Below, piece after piece: positions 22,538 through 33,138 of a stretch of 64,000 nucleotides of DNA. Location: positions 2,494 to 66,493 of the forward strand of contig NZ_SVCB01000073.1 in assembly GCF_015058545.1 (NCBI RefSeq), in the 5' to 3' direction. This stretch comes from Veillonella sp. GTDB lineage: Bacteria > Bacillota > Negativicutes > Veillonellales > Veillonellaceae. Position 1 is the stretch's first letter. Each line of letters begins with the position of its first letter. Below the pieces are notes generated by a model, which was not told the origin of the DNA, did not search any database, and worked only from the letters and a program-made list of their open reading frames with translations. The translations under genes were made by a program, and so were the position numbers.

Positions 22538-23968
22538 TTAAGCAACTTCTGTGTCGCCACCGGTTTTATTGCTTACCGGGCGGTCGATGGTGGAAGTATC
22601 ATTAAATGCTTCCTGGTCGAAAGTGCCCATAAGTTTATCTACAACGATGGCATTGGTCATAGAACCACTTACGTTAAGCATGGTACGACCCATATCGATG
22701 ATTGGGTCGATAGCCAATACTGGGGAGATGGAGCTGAAGAACGCGCCAAGGCCGGTACCGGACAAGGATACGGATGCAGCCATAGTGGCTGTACCAGGTA
22801 CACCGGCAATACCGATGGAACCTAAAGCGATTACGATAACACTCATAACATACATGGTCATATCAAGCGGTACACCGGCTACGTTCGCAATGTATACGAT
22901 ACATAAAGCCGGGAATACACCGGCACAACCCTGCATGCCGGCAGTAGTACCGAAGCTGCCTACTGTATTAGCAGTAGCGGCGTTAACGCCTAAACGTTTA
23001 GTCAAGGTATCTACCGTTAACGGCAATACACCCATACTGGAACGGGATGTGAAAGCTAAGAACAATGGTGCTCTTGCTTTACGGAAGTACATAATTGGGC
23101 TTACGCCGAAGATTGTCAAAAGTACAGCCTGTACAATCAACATAATCACGACACCAACGTAGATCAATACGATGAAAAGACCCATGTCGGCAATCGCTTG
23201 GAAGCCTTTTTGAGCCAATGTTGTTGCCAACAAGCCCAATACGCCGTAAGGCATAAGACCGATGATGAAATCTGCCACCCAAGAAATAATGAGGTGTAAT
23301 TCATCAAATAATTTAGTAACCAATTCAAGTTTGTCGGTACCGGTTTGTTTAATCAAACGAGCAATACCGCCAATGATAACGCCAAATACTACAACGGCGA
23401 TAACGTTAGTTTCCGCCATAGCGCTGATTGGGTTATTCGGAATCAAGGCACGCAAGGTATCAACAACAGGTTTTACTTCACGCATCTTGGCAGGGGCACC
23501 GCCGGCAGCAATACCTTCACCCAAATGAGTTACGGAACCAAGCACAAGACCTACAACAGCAGCGATAGCTACCATTACTAAGGCTACGAAAGCTGTGGAG
23601 CTAACTAATTTTTTCAAGTCAGCGCCGCGTTCCATGTGCAAAATAACATGAATAATGGAAATAAATACCAATGGAATAACGAGCATACGGATTAAATCAA
23701 TAAACCCGCCACCGATTAAGGAGAACCATTTAGTACTTTCCTTAATGTATACGACCTTCATTGGATCGTCCGGGAATTGTGCAATGAACTGCACGATGAA
23801 GCCCAAAACGGCCCCTAATAAAGTACCGATGATAACAAGGTTACCAAAGGCTGTTTGGCGACGTTGTAAGTAATATACAAACCCCAACATTGCAACAAAC
23901 AAGATTAGAATACCGATTGTCATCGGATTGCTAACCATTAAAAACTCTTGGAAAAATGGAATATCCAC
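22538..23968 (-). CDS. tcyP: L-cystine/dicarboxylate:cation symporter (TcyP-like)
   Basis: FAFTSRSS-like LAFTSRSSMG, GCAGVFPA and IDPIIDMGRT motifs. Confidence 0.8.
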   Translation of the reverse strand: MDIPFFQEFLMVSNPMTIGILILFVAMLGFVYYLQRRQTAFGNLVIIGTLLGAVLGFIVQFIAQFPDDPMKVVYIKESTKWFSLIGGGFIDLIRMLVIPLVFISIIHVILHMERGADLKKLVSSTAFVALVMVAIAAVVGLVLGSVTHLGEGIAAGGAPAKMREVKPVVDTLRALIPNNPISAMAETNVIAVVVFGVIIGGIARLIKQTGTDKLELVTKLFDELHLIISWVADFIIGLMPYGVLGLLATTLAQKGFQAIADMGLFIVLIYVGVVIMLIVQAVLLTIFGVSPIMYFRKARAPLFLAFTSRSSMGVLPLTVDTLTKRLGVNAATANTVGSFGTTAGMQGCAGVFPALCIVYIANVAGVPLDMTMYVMSVIVIALGSIGIAGVPGTATMAASVSLSGTGLGAFFSSISPVLAIDPIIDMGRTMLNVSGSMTNAIVVDKLMGTFDQEAFNDTSTIDRPVSNKTGGDTEVA

Positions 23969-24262
23969 TTTATTTCCTCCTTACTGTATTCAATTGTGAA
24001 TGTGACACTGATATTATATCATAACTCTTTTTAAATTCCTACTTTTTTAATAGAAAAACGTTCAAATTTTTTCGATATATTATCAATCACACTTCACCCA
24101 ATGAGTATCCATATAAAATGCGTATTGACGAATATAGCCAAAAATTCTTATCAACATATTTAATAATATCAAAATATAAAATGTTTTGACTAATATTAGT
24201 CTGTAAAAAAGTCCGACGTCATAGGGCACAGTGTGTGCTTTTGGCGTCGGACATTTCCTTAC

Positions 24263-24973
24263 CTAGTCAACGAGAATAAACGTTACATTGATAGGACCAT
24301 GAACCCCTACTACACGAACCAATTCGATATCGGCTGTGTTGGAAGGACCTGAAATGTGAACCACATTGGATGGGAACCCTTCAGGATTTTCTTTATATAC
24401 TTTGGTAAGAGCACGCATAGACTGCGTCATGCGAGGCACGATGTCAGAAGTGCGGATAACCGCAATGTGACAAAGTGGCAATAAACCGATGGAACGGCCA
24501 CTGGCTTCAAAGCTTGGTTGAATAACAGTTGCTGTTTCGGCAATCCCCAAGATTGGGAATGTAACACCGATTTCAGCTACTTTAGCTTCGTCGATATTAG
24601 CTTGACGACCGGCCGACGGATTCCATTGATAGAAGGTGGTACCTTCTTTATTTACCTTATCAAAGTTTTCTTTCAATTGGAATTTTTCAGCTTCTTCGCA
24701 GCAAGGATAAATTACTTTACCGCCGCCGCGTGCTTCAATTTCATTTAAGATTGTTTCGACTACATGCGCTTCATCAGTAGTTACAAATTTAGTACCTACT
24801 TTTTCACATTCCACTTTGAACATATCTACAACTTGTTCGTGGGAAAGGTCGGAGTACATTGCCTCTTGAGGTCCTTTTTCATAAGGATACGGTGCTACGA
24901 AAGTAGGAATCTCTTTACGACCCAACGCATGAGAAATACGGCTAAAAAATGCTTTACGTTTTACATCATCCAT
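24263..24973 (-). CDS. lutC: Lactate utilization protein C
   Basis: ISGPSNTADIE...VGVHGP motif. Confidence 0.9.
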   Translation of the reverse strand: MDDVKRKAFFSRISHALGRKEIPTFVAPYPYEKGPQEAMYSDLSHEQVVDMFKVECEKVGTKFVTTDEAHVVETILNEIEARGGGKVIYPCCEEAEKFQLKENFDKVNKEGTTFYQWNPSAGRQANIDEAKVAEIGVTFPILGIAETATVIQPSFEASGRSIGLLPLCHIAVIRTSDIVPRMTQSMRALTKVYKENPEGFPSNVVHISGPSNTADIELVRVVGVHGPINVTFILVD

Positions 24974-24985
24974 TGTCTTGTCTCC

Positions 24986-26422
24986 TTACTTACGTTTGCT
25001 AGCTTCATATTCAGCATATACATCGCGGAATTTCTTGAGTTTTAATGTACCCATTTCTTTCGCTTTCATCCAGCCGCCAACAACCGGCAATAATTTAGTC
25101 CAATCGGCCATGTTACCGTTTTTACTCATAAGTTTCATGCCGATGGCACCTAACTTAGTACCATAGTCGAAGAGGAAGGAATTACTGAATACAGTAGCCA
25201 CTGTTTTGAAAATAGCTTCTTCTGCTGCCGGACGAAGATGAGCTTTGTCGGCAATGTTTACGCGATGTTTCAAAAGTAATTCATGGAGCGGAATCTTAAC
25301 CGGACAATGTTCCCAACATTCGCCGCACAAAGTGGAAGCGTATGGCAAATCGCCCGCTTTTTCATAACCAACCAATAATGGAGTCAATACCGCACCCATT
25401 GGCCCCGGATAGATGGAGCCGTATGCATGACCGGTGATATGACGATATACCGGACAGATATTCATACAAGCGCCGCAACGGATACAACGAAGCATGGAGT
25501 TGAATTCGCCGCCCAAAATATTGGAACGACCATTATCGATAATAATGATGTGAAGTTCTTCAGGACCGTCTGCTTCACCAGGTTTAGCAGGACCGGTAAT
25601 CATGGAGAAGTAGTTGGAAATCTTAGCACCTACGGAGGAGCGAATTAAGAGTTCCATCATAATATCAAGACCGGCAAAGTCAGGTACAAGACGTTCCATA
25701 CCCATGAGACAAATCATAGTCTTAGGCATGGAGCTACTCATACGACCGTTACCTTCATTGGATACGATAGTAATAGTACCGGTTTCGGCTACGGCGAAGT
25801 TACAGCCGGTGAAGCCGATGTCGGCGCGCAAGAAACGGTCGCGAATACGTTTACGTACGAAACGAGTCATTTCTTCCGGATCTTCGGTACCTTCATAGCC
25901 TAATTTGTCGTGGAACGTTTCACGAATACGACCACGAGCAAAGTGCAATGCCGGTACTACGATATGGGATGGTGGATTCCAGTCAGCTGTCTGCAAAATG
26001 AATTCGGCCAAGTCAGTTTCGTTAACTTCCACGCCTTCTTTCATCAATGCTTCGTTAAGGCTGATTTCTTCGGACACCATAGTTTTACCTTTTACGACCA
26101 TTTTGGCGTTTTTGGCACGAACTACTTCCATAACATATTCATTTGCTTCTTCCGCTGTATGAGCAAAGTGCACTTTTGCACCGGCTTTAGTAGCGTTTTC
26201 AGCAAACTGATTCAAATAATAGTCGAGGTTGCTTAATACATGATCGCGAAGTTCAGCCGCTTCTTCACGGAAGTCTTCCCATTCAGGTACTTGATCAACC
26301 AACGCTTTACGTTTTGCATAGAATACATCTTGCGCTTTTTGGATGGCCTTTACCTTAAAGTCATTGGCAAGAACATCCTCAACACGTTTTTTAAACGGGC
26401 GTTCATCGTATAAAATAGCCAT
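24986..26422 (-). CDS. lutB: Lactate utilization protein B (Fe-S)
   Basis: PSHIVVPALH, NEGNGRM, CIRCGACMNICP and YPGPMG motifs. Confidence 0.95.
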   Translation of the reverse strand: MAILYDERPFKKRVEDVLANDFKVKAIQKAQDVFYAKRKALVDQVPEWEDFREEAAELRDHVLSNLDYYLNQFAENATKAGAKVHFAHTAEEANEYVMEVVRAKNAKMVVKGKTMVSEEISLNEALMKEGVEVNETDLAEFILQTADWNPPSHIVVPALHFARGRIRETFHDKLGYEGTEDPEEMTRFVRKRIRDRFLRADIGFTGCNFAVAETGTITIVSNEGNGRMSSSMPKTMICLMGMERLVPDFAGLDIMMELLIRSSVGAKISNYFSMITGPAKPGEADGPEELHIIIIDNGRSNILGGEFNSMLRCIRCGACMNICPVYRHITGHAYGSIYPGPMGAVLTPLLVGYEKAGDLPYASTLCGECWEHCPVKIPLHELLLKHRVNIADKAHLRPAAEEAIFKTVATVFSNSFLFDYGTKLGAIGMKLMSKNGNMADWTKLLPVVGGWMKAKEMGTLKLKKFRDVYAEYEASKRK

Positions 26423-26441
26423 GTTCAGTTCCTCCTAACGA

Positions 26442-27179
26442 CTAGCGGGAATTCAATAATTCCGCAATGTGCATTACTTTAATGCGACGGTCGATTTCGC
26501 CGTCTTTATAAAGGCGATCAAGCATACCTTCAATATTCATGAGACAAGCTTGGTCACCACCGGCTACTACATTAGCGCCGGAATTGTAAATATTCATTGC
26601 TTTTTCGCGAGTCATAACAGCAGAAATTTCAGGCTGTTTTACGGTAAACGTACCACCGAAACCACAGCAGCCTTCCGCGCGATTCATTGGTAAATATTCT
26701 AGACCTTTAATATTTTCCAATAATTTCATAGGTGGTTCTTTGATACCCATGAGACGAGTTACGTGACAAGATTTGTGGTACGTAACTTTGTCGTTAAATG
26801 TAGCTCCTACGTCAGTTACGCCTAATACATTCACGATAAATTCGGTGAATTCATAGATGCGTTCGCTGACTTTGGCGGCACGGGCCATCCATTCAGGTTC
26901 GTCGGCCAAAATATGACGGTATTCGTCACGAATGGCAAAGGCACAAGAACCGGACATACTCACGATATACTCTGCGTTTTCGAAGACTTCAATAGTATTC
27001 TTGATAGCCCCTTTAGCCGCATCGTTATACCCGGAGTTCACGAACATCTGTCCGCAGCATACTTGCTTTTTAGGTACGGTAATATCGCAACCTAAACGTT
27101 CTAATACCTGTACGCCGGCCATCCCCACGTGGGGATAAAACATGTCAATCAAACATTGTGAAAATAAATGAATTTTCAT
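26442..27179 (-). CDS. lutA: Lactate utilization protein A
   Basis: QVCCGQ, GSCA and CCGFGGTF (CCG domains). Confidence 0.9.
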   Translation of the reverse strand: MKIHLFSQCLIDMFYPHVGMAGVQVLERLGCDITVPKKQVCCGQMFVNSGYNDAAKGAIKNTIEVFENAEYIVSMSGSCAFAIRDEYRHILADEPEWMARAAKVSERIYEFTEFIVNVLGVTDVGATFNDKVTYHKSCHVTRLMGIKEPPMKLLENIKGLEYLPMNRAEGCCGFGGTFTVKQPEISAVMTREKAMNIYNSGANVVAGGDQACLMNIEGMLDRLYKDGEIDRRIKVMHIAELLNSR

Positions 27180-27613
27180 TTCCTCACATCCTCAACTTTC
27201 CTACGTACTTACACTTACTAGATTACCCACACTTGCGTATACTTCCCATTTTTTTCAACATTAAACGGTCTATATTGTATATTCGCACGGAAATCATCAC
27301 CCTTATTATATAGAATAACAAATGTATTGTCCAAAGAATTGCGATATTGGCAAACGCCCTATGTCATATGCATTTTACGAATGCTTGAAATAGGATTTAG
27401 TAAAATATTTGTATACAGAACGTAATTATTTGAATAGTGAATCTCATTAACGCTAAACCGCCCCTTTATCTCTTTAAAGGCCCCGTGGTTCGTGATATAA
27501 TCAATGTATTAAGGGTATTTTTTTTAGTATTCGTAAAATCAATAATAAAGTACATACTTTATCAAGGTGAAAACCGTTATTTTAACAACCTGTATCAGAA
27601 AGGGGTCTCACTT

Positions 27614-29092
27614 ATGACATCACGTTCTTTACGTTTAGCCGTTCTCGTGGCTACACTTTTAACAACAACTACCTACACCGGCTTGGCCGCCGATGCGGAC
27701 AGCACTACCGCGTCTACCGCCACAACGGCTGCCGTAACAACAACCGCAACGGATAGCGATTCCATTGACACGGTAACGACTGCCACTACTTCGACCGTTC
27801 AAACTAAAGCATTAACCGAAGCGGATAAAGAAAAGGCGCAATTAGTTGAAACGATGAATGAAAAAGCCGCCGCCAATGCTGCTGCGGAAGAAGCCAAAGG
27901 TTTTAAAGATGTAAAAAATCATTGGGCTGCCGTACCAATCAACGTGATGCTTGAGGATGGTATCTTATCCGGCAACGGTCAAGGCGAATTCAAACCGGAT
28001 GATGCTTTAAAAACTGCCGATGCAGCCGCGCTTTACAACAAGCTCATCGCTTATGACAAAGCACAGCAAGCTGCCAAAGCAGCTAAAAGCAGCCAAAACA
28101 AAAAGAACACTAAAAACACCACTACTGTTAAAGATGTGACCGGCGAAGAATTGCTCGCGCCTTTCAAAAATCAGGAGACTTTAACTCGTGAAGAATTCGC
28201 TCAGACCGCCGCTGAATATTTAGCTTACAAAGACGAACTGACCGTGGCTTCCATTAAGAGCAAAACGAAAGCTAAAGAATATAAACCAAATATCGTGGTA
28301 GCGCCTGACGAAGTGAACTTCCCGGATGAAAAGAAAATCGACAGCGATTATAAATCCTCCGTTACCACGTTGGCCAGCCGTGGCATCATCGCTTCCGGCG
28401 GTGACGACAACTACTTCCGTCCAACGGAAGACATCACCCGTGCCGAAGCAGTGGCCATGTTATTCCGCATTGAAAAAGGTATGACCGTCTCTCCGGCAAC
28501 AAGCACTAAAGCGATCGATACCAATGCTAAAACTGTGAGCAGCGCAACCGGCGACAAAACAGCTACCACCACCAAAAACACTACCACCGGTAATGTAACC
28601 GCCAAAAAGACCAGCGAATTAGAAGCACAGTCTGATCTTGAAAATAAAGTTTTCAAAAAATTAAACAACCTCTACAAAACACCGGGCAATTTCCAAAACT
28701 ACGGCGTAATGTATTGGCAAAATGATGTATTGCATGTAGCCTTCAAGAGCGATGACGATCTTGCTCAATTCGAAGACATTTTAGCTAAAAACGACAAAGA
28801 TAAACTGGCTAGCGAAACATTGGCTAATCGTGTTCATTTAGAAACAACCCAATACAGCCAGGCTGAATATGACCGTATTGAAAACAACTTCCGTACGTTC
28901 TACGCTCAAAAACAGCCGGCCGGCACTATCTTGGGTGCTTATCCGAGCGTAGCTCACAATCAGCTTATTGTCCGCGTCGACAAAGGTTTTGATTATATGA
29001 ATGATTCCATCCGTAATGCGTTCGGCAACAAGGTTCACGTTTTCTTGGTTACCGACAATGCCGACTCCACTACTGATACTGCTAAGAATTAA
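27614..29092 (+). CDS. Secreted SLH-domain protein with Thr-rich linkers
   Basis: Signal peptide; FKDVKNHWA, FKPD and ITRAEAVAML SLH motifs; start chosen after the AAGGGG RBS. Confidence 0.85.
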   Translation: MTSRSLRLAVLVATLLTTTTYTGLAADADSTTASTATTAAVTTTATDSDSIDTVTTATTSTVQTKALTEADKEKAQLVETMNEKAAANAAAEEAKGFKDVKNHWAAVPINVMLEDGILSGNGQGEFKPDDALKTADAAALYNKLIAYDKAQQAAKAAKSSQNKKNTKNTTTVKDVTGEELLAPFKNQETLTREEFAQTAAEYLAYKDELTVASIKSKTKAKEYKPNIVVAPDEVNFPDEKKIDSDYKSSVTTLASRGIIASGGDDNYFRPTEDITRAEAVAMLFRIEKGMTVSPATSTKAIDTNAKTVSSATGDKTATTTKNTTTGNVTAKKTSELEAQSDLENKVFKKLNNLYKTPGNFQNYGVMYWQNDVLHVAFKSDDDLAQFEDILAKNDKDKLASETLANRVHLETTQYSQAEYDRIENNFRTFYAQKQPAGTILGAYPSVAHNQLIVRVDKGFDYMNDSIRNAFGNKVHVFLVTDNADSTTDTAKN

Positions 29093-29109
29093 TTAAGGAG
29101 TCTTCAGCC

Positions 29110-30828
29110 ATGTTTGCAACACCTTTCACGCGCCGAGATTATCTCTACCTATCGGCCATCGGAATCTGGCTCTTATTCGCCTACGGGCTCTTCGCCTGGA
29201 ACTTTCCGATTACCGACACGGTAGAATCCAATTATGCCTTAAGTGCCGTCAATATGCTGCAACATCAAAGCTATCTGTCTCCCATGATTTACGATGAGTA
29301 CTGGTATGACAAACCGATTTTCACCTACTGGCTCTTAATGGCCTCCTTCAGCCTCTTCGGCATATCGGATTTTGCGGCGCGCCTGCCGTTCATCCTTTGT
29401 GCCGCCCTGAACGGCATGTTTATGTATTATGGCATGCGCCTCATTGCTAAGCGTCGCGATTTAGCGTTGTGGTGTGCCATTATGCTGGGCACTTCGTTAG
29501 AATTTTGGTATATCAGTCATGCCATTTTGACGGATGGTTATTTATTTCTATTCACCCAAGGAATTCTCTACTTTGCTTATTTAGGTCTCAGAGGCCGGCA
29601 AGTGCGTCGTCATATGATACTGGCCTACGCCTCCGCGGGCCTTGCCGTTTTGACAAAAGGGCCGGTCGGCCTCGTCCTACCCGGCATTATTCTCATAGCC
29701 TATGTCGCTCTTTTCCAGCGTGATACACTCACGTGGCAACGCTTGTTCCACCCATTGGGCCTGCTCGCCTTTGCGGTCGTCGCGTTGCCTTGGTACATCC
29801 TGATGTACAGCTACCACGGCATGGCCTTCATCGAAGAGTTCTTGGGCCTCCATAATGTAGTTCGTGCCACAATACCGGAACATCCGGAGCAAAACTGGTG
29901 GTTTATGTACTTTGTGCTTTGGCCCGTGTCCCTATTACCGTGGACAGGCCTCACGATTTACGAACTCATCTATGGTGAACGCAATTCTTGGTTCAAATAT
30001 CTCCTAACTTGGGGGCTCGGCGTATTTATTTTTTACAATCTCATGGCCACCAAGTATATTACCTACACATTCTTGTGTATCATTCCGTTTATCATCTTGA
30101 CGGCGCAAGGCTATATTCGTTTAAAAGGCCATCTTTTGCGAAATATCCCACCCCGCGAAGTTAAGGTTATCGCCATGGCACCGGACAGCGATTTCTGTTG
30201 GCTCCCGCAGCAAACAAAATCGTATAGCAAAAACCTGCTCGTCCTATTGCCGGCCTTGTTCTTAGTGGCTATCGCCATCATCGGTGTTTGGTTTGGTATT
30301 CGCACCCAACCGGATGTGGATCCGTCACAACTTAGCATGGCCTTAAGTATCGGTGCCGTGCTCTGTGCCTTGCCTCTTTTATACGCTCTTATCAGGCCCC
30401 ATATCTGCCGAAGTATAAAAGCCGTGGCCATAAGCACCAGCATTCTCTATGTATTATTGCTCTGTGCTTTACCGCCGATTGTGGACGATGCTTCTACTGA
30501 AAAACTGGCCGATACCTTAGCCTTACGGCCAACTACGCAGATGTACTACTATCGCGATTATCGCACATCCCTCGTGTATTACACGGGCCATTCGGTAACG
30601 CAAATCATACCGGATCCGGACGAGGAAACCATCTGGGATAAGGGCAAAAATGTAATGCCCGTGCTGTCTGAAGCGGATACGGTAAAAGCCACTCAAGGTC
30701 AAACGGATTACTTTATCTTCGTGCCGAAGAAATATAAAGCGGACTTTTTAAAAACACCGCTCAGCCAACATACCACTGAATTCTATCAAGTGGAAAATAT
30801 TATAGTTTTCAAACCGAAAGCACAATAA
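29110..30828 (+). CDS. GT-C fold glycosyltransferase (ArnT/PMT_2-like)
   Basis: DTVESNYA, YDKP, ARLP and LAVLTKGPVG motifs; many TM helices. Confidence 0.85.
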   Translation: MFATPFTRRDYLYLSAIGIWLLFAYGLFAWNFPITDTVESNYALSAVNMLQHQSYLSPMIYDEYWYDKPIFTYWLLMASFSLFGISDFAARLPFILCAALNGMFMYYGMRLIAKRRDLALWCAIMLGTSLEFWYISHAILTDGYLFLFTQGILYFAYLGLRGRQVRRHMILAYASAGLAVLTKGPVGLVLPGIILIAYVALFQRDTLTWQRLFHPLGLLAFAVVALPWYILMYSYHGMAFIEEFLGLHNVVRATIPEHPEQNWWFMYFVLWPVSLLPWTGLTIYELIYGERNSWFKYLLTWGLGVFIFYNLMATKYITYTFLCIIPFIILTAQGYIRLKGHLLRNIPPREVKVIAMAPDSDFCWLPQQTKSYSKNLLVLLPALFLVAIAIIGVWFGIRTQPDVDPSQLSMALSIGAVLCALPLLYALIRPHICRSIKAVAISTSILYVLLLCALPPIVDDASTEKLADTLALRPTTQMYYYRDYRTSLVYYTGHSVTQIIPDPDEETIWDKGKNVMPVLSEADTVKATQGQTDYFIFVPKKYKADFLKTPLSQHTTEFYQVENIIVFKPKAQ

Positions 30829-30869
30829 TTACATAAATATATTTCAACTTACAATTTTTAACATACACT

Positions 30870-30916
30870 AAAACAGCTAGGTAACCTAACTTCCAGGGTA
30901 CCTAGCTACGTTTTAA
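30870..30916 (+). terminator. Hairpin between the ArnT-like gene and the second SLH gene
   Basis: TAAAACAGCTAGGTA...TACCTAGCTACGTTTTA. Confidence 0.6.
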
Positions 30917-30970
30917 TCCGTTTAAAGTAAATCTAAAGTAATTTATAAAACCCAATTTTGGAGGAGTACC

Positions 30971-32452
30971 ATGTCTAAATTTTTTACCACAAAGTCTCTT
31001 GCCGTACTTTGTGCCCTCGTGCTCACCGGCGCTGTGGCTCAGGCCGGCACCGTAACGGTAACCGGTCCCGATGATGCCGTAAGCGACGATTATACCCCTG
31101 TTCGTGTTGTCAAAGAATCCGCGAGCAACGAAACAACATTCAGCCCATTGGCCTTAAAATATTACACCACGAACAACACGGCTCAAGCGGTGGGTGAGGC
31201 CGCTAAAGCAGCGGAAGCTGAAAAAGCCGCCGAGGTTAAAGCAGACTCTGTTGTAACCGCCACGGCTACCCCCGAAGAAGTACCTGTCACTAAAGCTTCT
31301 GCTAACCAAACTGCAGCTGCAAAATCTAATCAAGCAACCGCTAATACAAAAGCGTCTGCCAACTCACAAGTCACTCCCGGCACCTATAAACCGTTTAAAT
31401 TTGACATGGCCACAACTGCTCCTACTGTTTTTGAAGAGGCTCGTAAATATACCTTTAAAGACATTCCGGCAGATTATTGGGCTGCCAAGGCCATTGCGGT
31501 TATGACTAACCAGCAGTTGATTTCCGGTTACAACGATAATACCTTCCGCCCCGAAAAACCAATCAGTCGTGAAGAAGTGGCCTCCTTATTCAGTAATTTA
31601 ATTTCCGGCGAGTCCTCCGTCATGCTCTCCAGTTCCTTCAAAGACATTACCTCCGACCGCTGGTCCGCCAATGCCATTGAACGAGTGGCTCAGCTGAACC
31701 TTATCAGCGGCTATGGCGATAATACCTATCGTCCGGAACAATTCATGTCGCGCCAGGAATTCGCTGTGGTGGCGGATAATTATATTCACTACTTAGGCTA
31801 TACCACCGACGACCAGACTGCTATTGACGCCGTTCATTACAACGACCAGAAATTCATTGCCCCTTGGGCGCAAACCGCCGTTCGTGAACTGGCGGCCTTG
31901 GGTTTTCTCCATTACCAGCCGCGTTTATTGTTTAATCCTGAAAAATACATTACCCGCGCGGAAGCAACAGAAATCATGTATCGCGTAACCAACAGTGATG
32001 CTGCCGTAGCTTTGCGTGAAAAAATTCTCCATCAACAGGTAGAAAATAAAATGCTCACTTTGATTGAGCAAACCTTCGGCAAAGAATACGTATTCCGCAC
32101 CCACGGTGCCATGTACTGGCAGGACAATAAACTGGTAGCCGCCTTAAAAGACGAAAATGATGTTAAAAAATTAGGCGCCGCCCTTGCGTTCTCTAAAGAT
32201 AGCGATTTGCGTAGCAATACCCAAGTAACAACAGGCGTTATGAACGAAATTGAACTGGGCAAACTGCAAACCGAAGCGGCTTACTACTATAACCAGCAGG
32301 AGCCGACCGGATCCATATTATCCGCCGTGCCAAATAAAAATGCGTCGGGGTTAATTTTGGTGGTTGATCAATTAAACCCAGGAAGTAATAAAGCGATGGC
32401 AAAAAAATTCGGTTCCAAAGTAACGATAACGGTTGCCGAAGAAGCAAACTAA
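30971..32452 (+). CDS. Secreted protein with three SLH domains; paralog of 27614-29092
   Basis: FKDIPADYWA, ISGYNDNTFRPE, SREE and ITRAEA motifs; shared C-terminal domain. Confidence 0.85.
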   Translation: MSKFFTTKSLAVLCALVLTGAVAQAGTVTVTGPDDAVSDDYTPVRVVKESASNETTFSPLALKYYTTNNTAQAVGEAAKAAEAEKAAEVKADSVVTATATPEEVPVTKASANQTAAAKSNQATANTKASANSQVTPGTYKPFKFDMATTAPTVFEEARKYTFKDIPADYWAAKAIAVMTNQQLISGYNDNTFRPEKPISREEVASLFSNLISGESSVMLSSSFKDITSDRWSANAIERVAQLNLISGYGDNTYRPEQFMSRQEFAVVADNYIHYLGYTTDDQTAIDAVHYNDQKFIAPWAQTAVRELAALGFLHYQPRLLFNPEKYITRAEATEIMYRVTNSDAAVALREKILHQQVENKMLTLIEQTFGKEYVFRTHGAMYWQDNKLVAALKDENDVKKLGAALAFSKDSDLRSNTQVTTGVMNEIELGKLQTEAAYYYNQQEPTGSILSAVPNKNASGLILVVDQLNPGSNKAMAKKFGSKVTITVAEEAN

Positions 32453-32981
32453 GTGTACTGCTCGAAAAAGGATTGGCTCGACGAGCTAATAAAGAGACTA
32501 TATTTAAGCGAGTGAGCTAAATAAACCCTTTAATATAAAGAAGGTTTACGCTTTCCAATACCCGCTCTCCTATTTGAGCGAGAATTAATCAATGTAACAC
32601 ATTACTAACATGAAAAAGAAGGTCTACTCCCTTCCCCGCTGTTTCACATCAAGGGGACCCCTTTGGAGTAGACCTTCTTTTTCATTGTTTATATCACAGT
32701 ACCTATTATTATATGTTATCTCGCTCAAATATCACCAACGCCATAAACGCCAATAACGTAAACCTTCTTTTTAATTTCATAGAGCCTCTACCCCAGCCTC
32801 ACTCGCTTAAATAACATAACTTCAATTAAAGCTATTCGAGCCAATCTTTTTTTCATCGCCCAAACACTTAACTCGCCATCTTCGGCAACGGTTATCTACT
32901 AGATGGAATCCGAATTTTTCTGCCGGTTAACGCAATTAAATACTTGTTCTGCGAGATAATTTGCTCAATTCACCAAAATTA
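32352..32981. repeat. ~630-bp segmented palindrome overlapping the SLH gene 3' end
   Basis: Nine colinear complementary blocks of 7-21 bp (see findings). Confidence 0.9.
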
Positions 32982-33138
32982 TTGTGTATTGAGGGAGAAT
33001 ACTACCATAAACACTTTATAACATAAAAAGAACGTCTACTCCTTCGCCATTGCTTTTGGCGGTGGGGAGAAGAGGAGGATTGAATGTATTTGTAATTAGT
33101 TTTTACCGTTTTTAGGGCATCAGATTGTTTGATTAACT

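Noticed and set aside
22551..23162. 203-aa plus-strand ORF and similar antisense ORFs throughout the window
   Set aside because: Shadow frames of well-supported genes on the opposite strand.
27437..27613. 59-aa N-terminal extension of the first SLH protein
   Set aside because: RBS and signal peptide support the ATG at 27614.
32500..32820. CRISPR array
   Set aside because: Repeats are inverted and non-identical, there is no constant direct repeat with unique spacers, and no cas genes are present.
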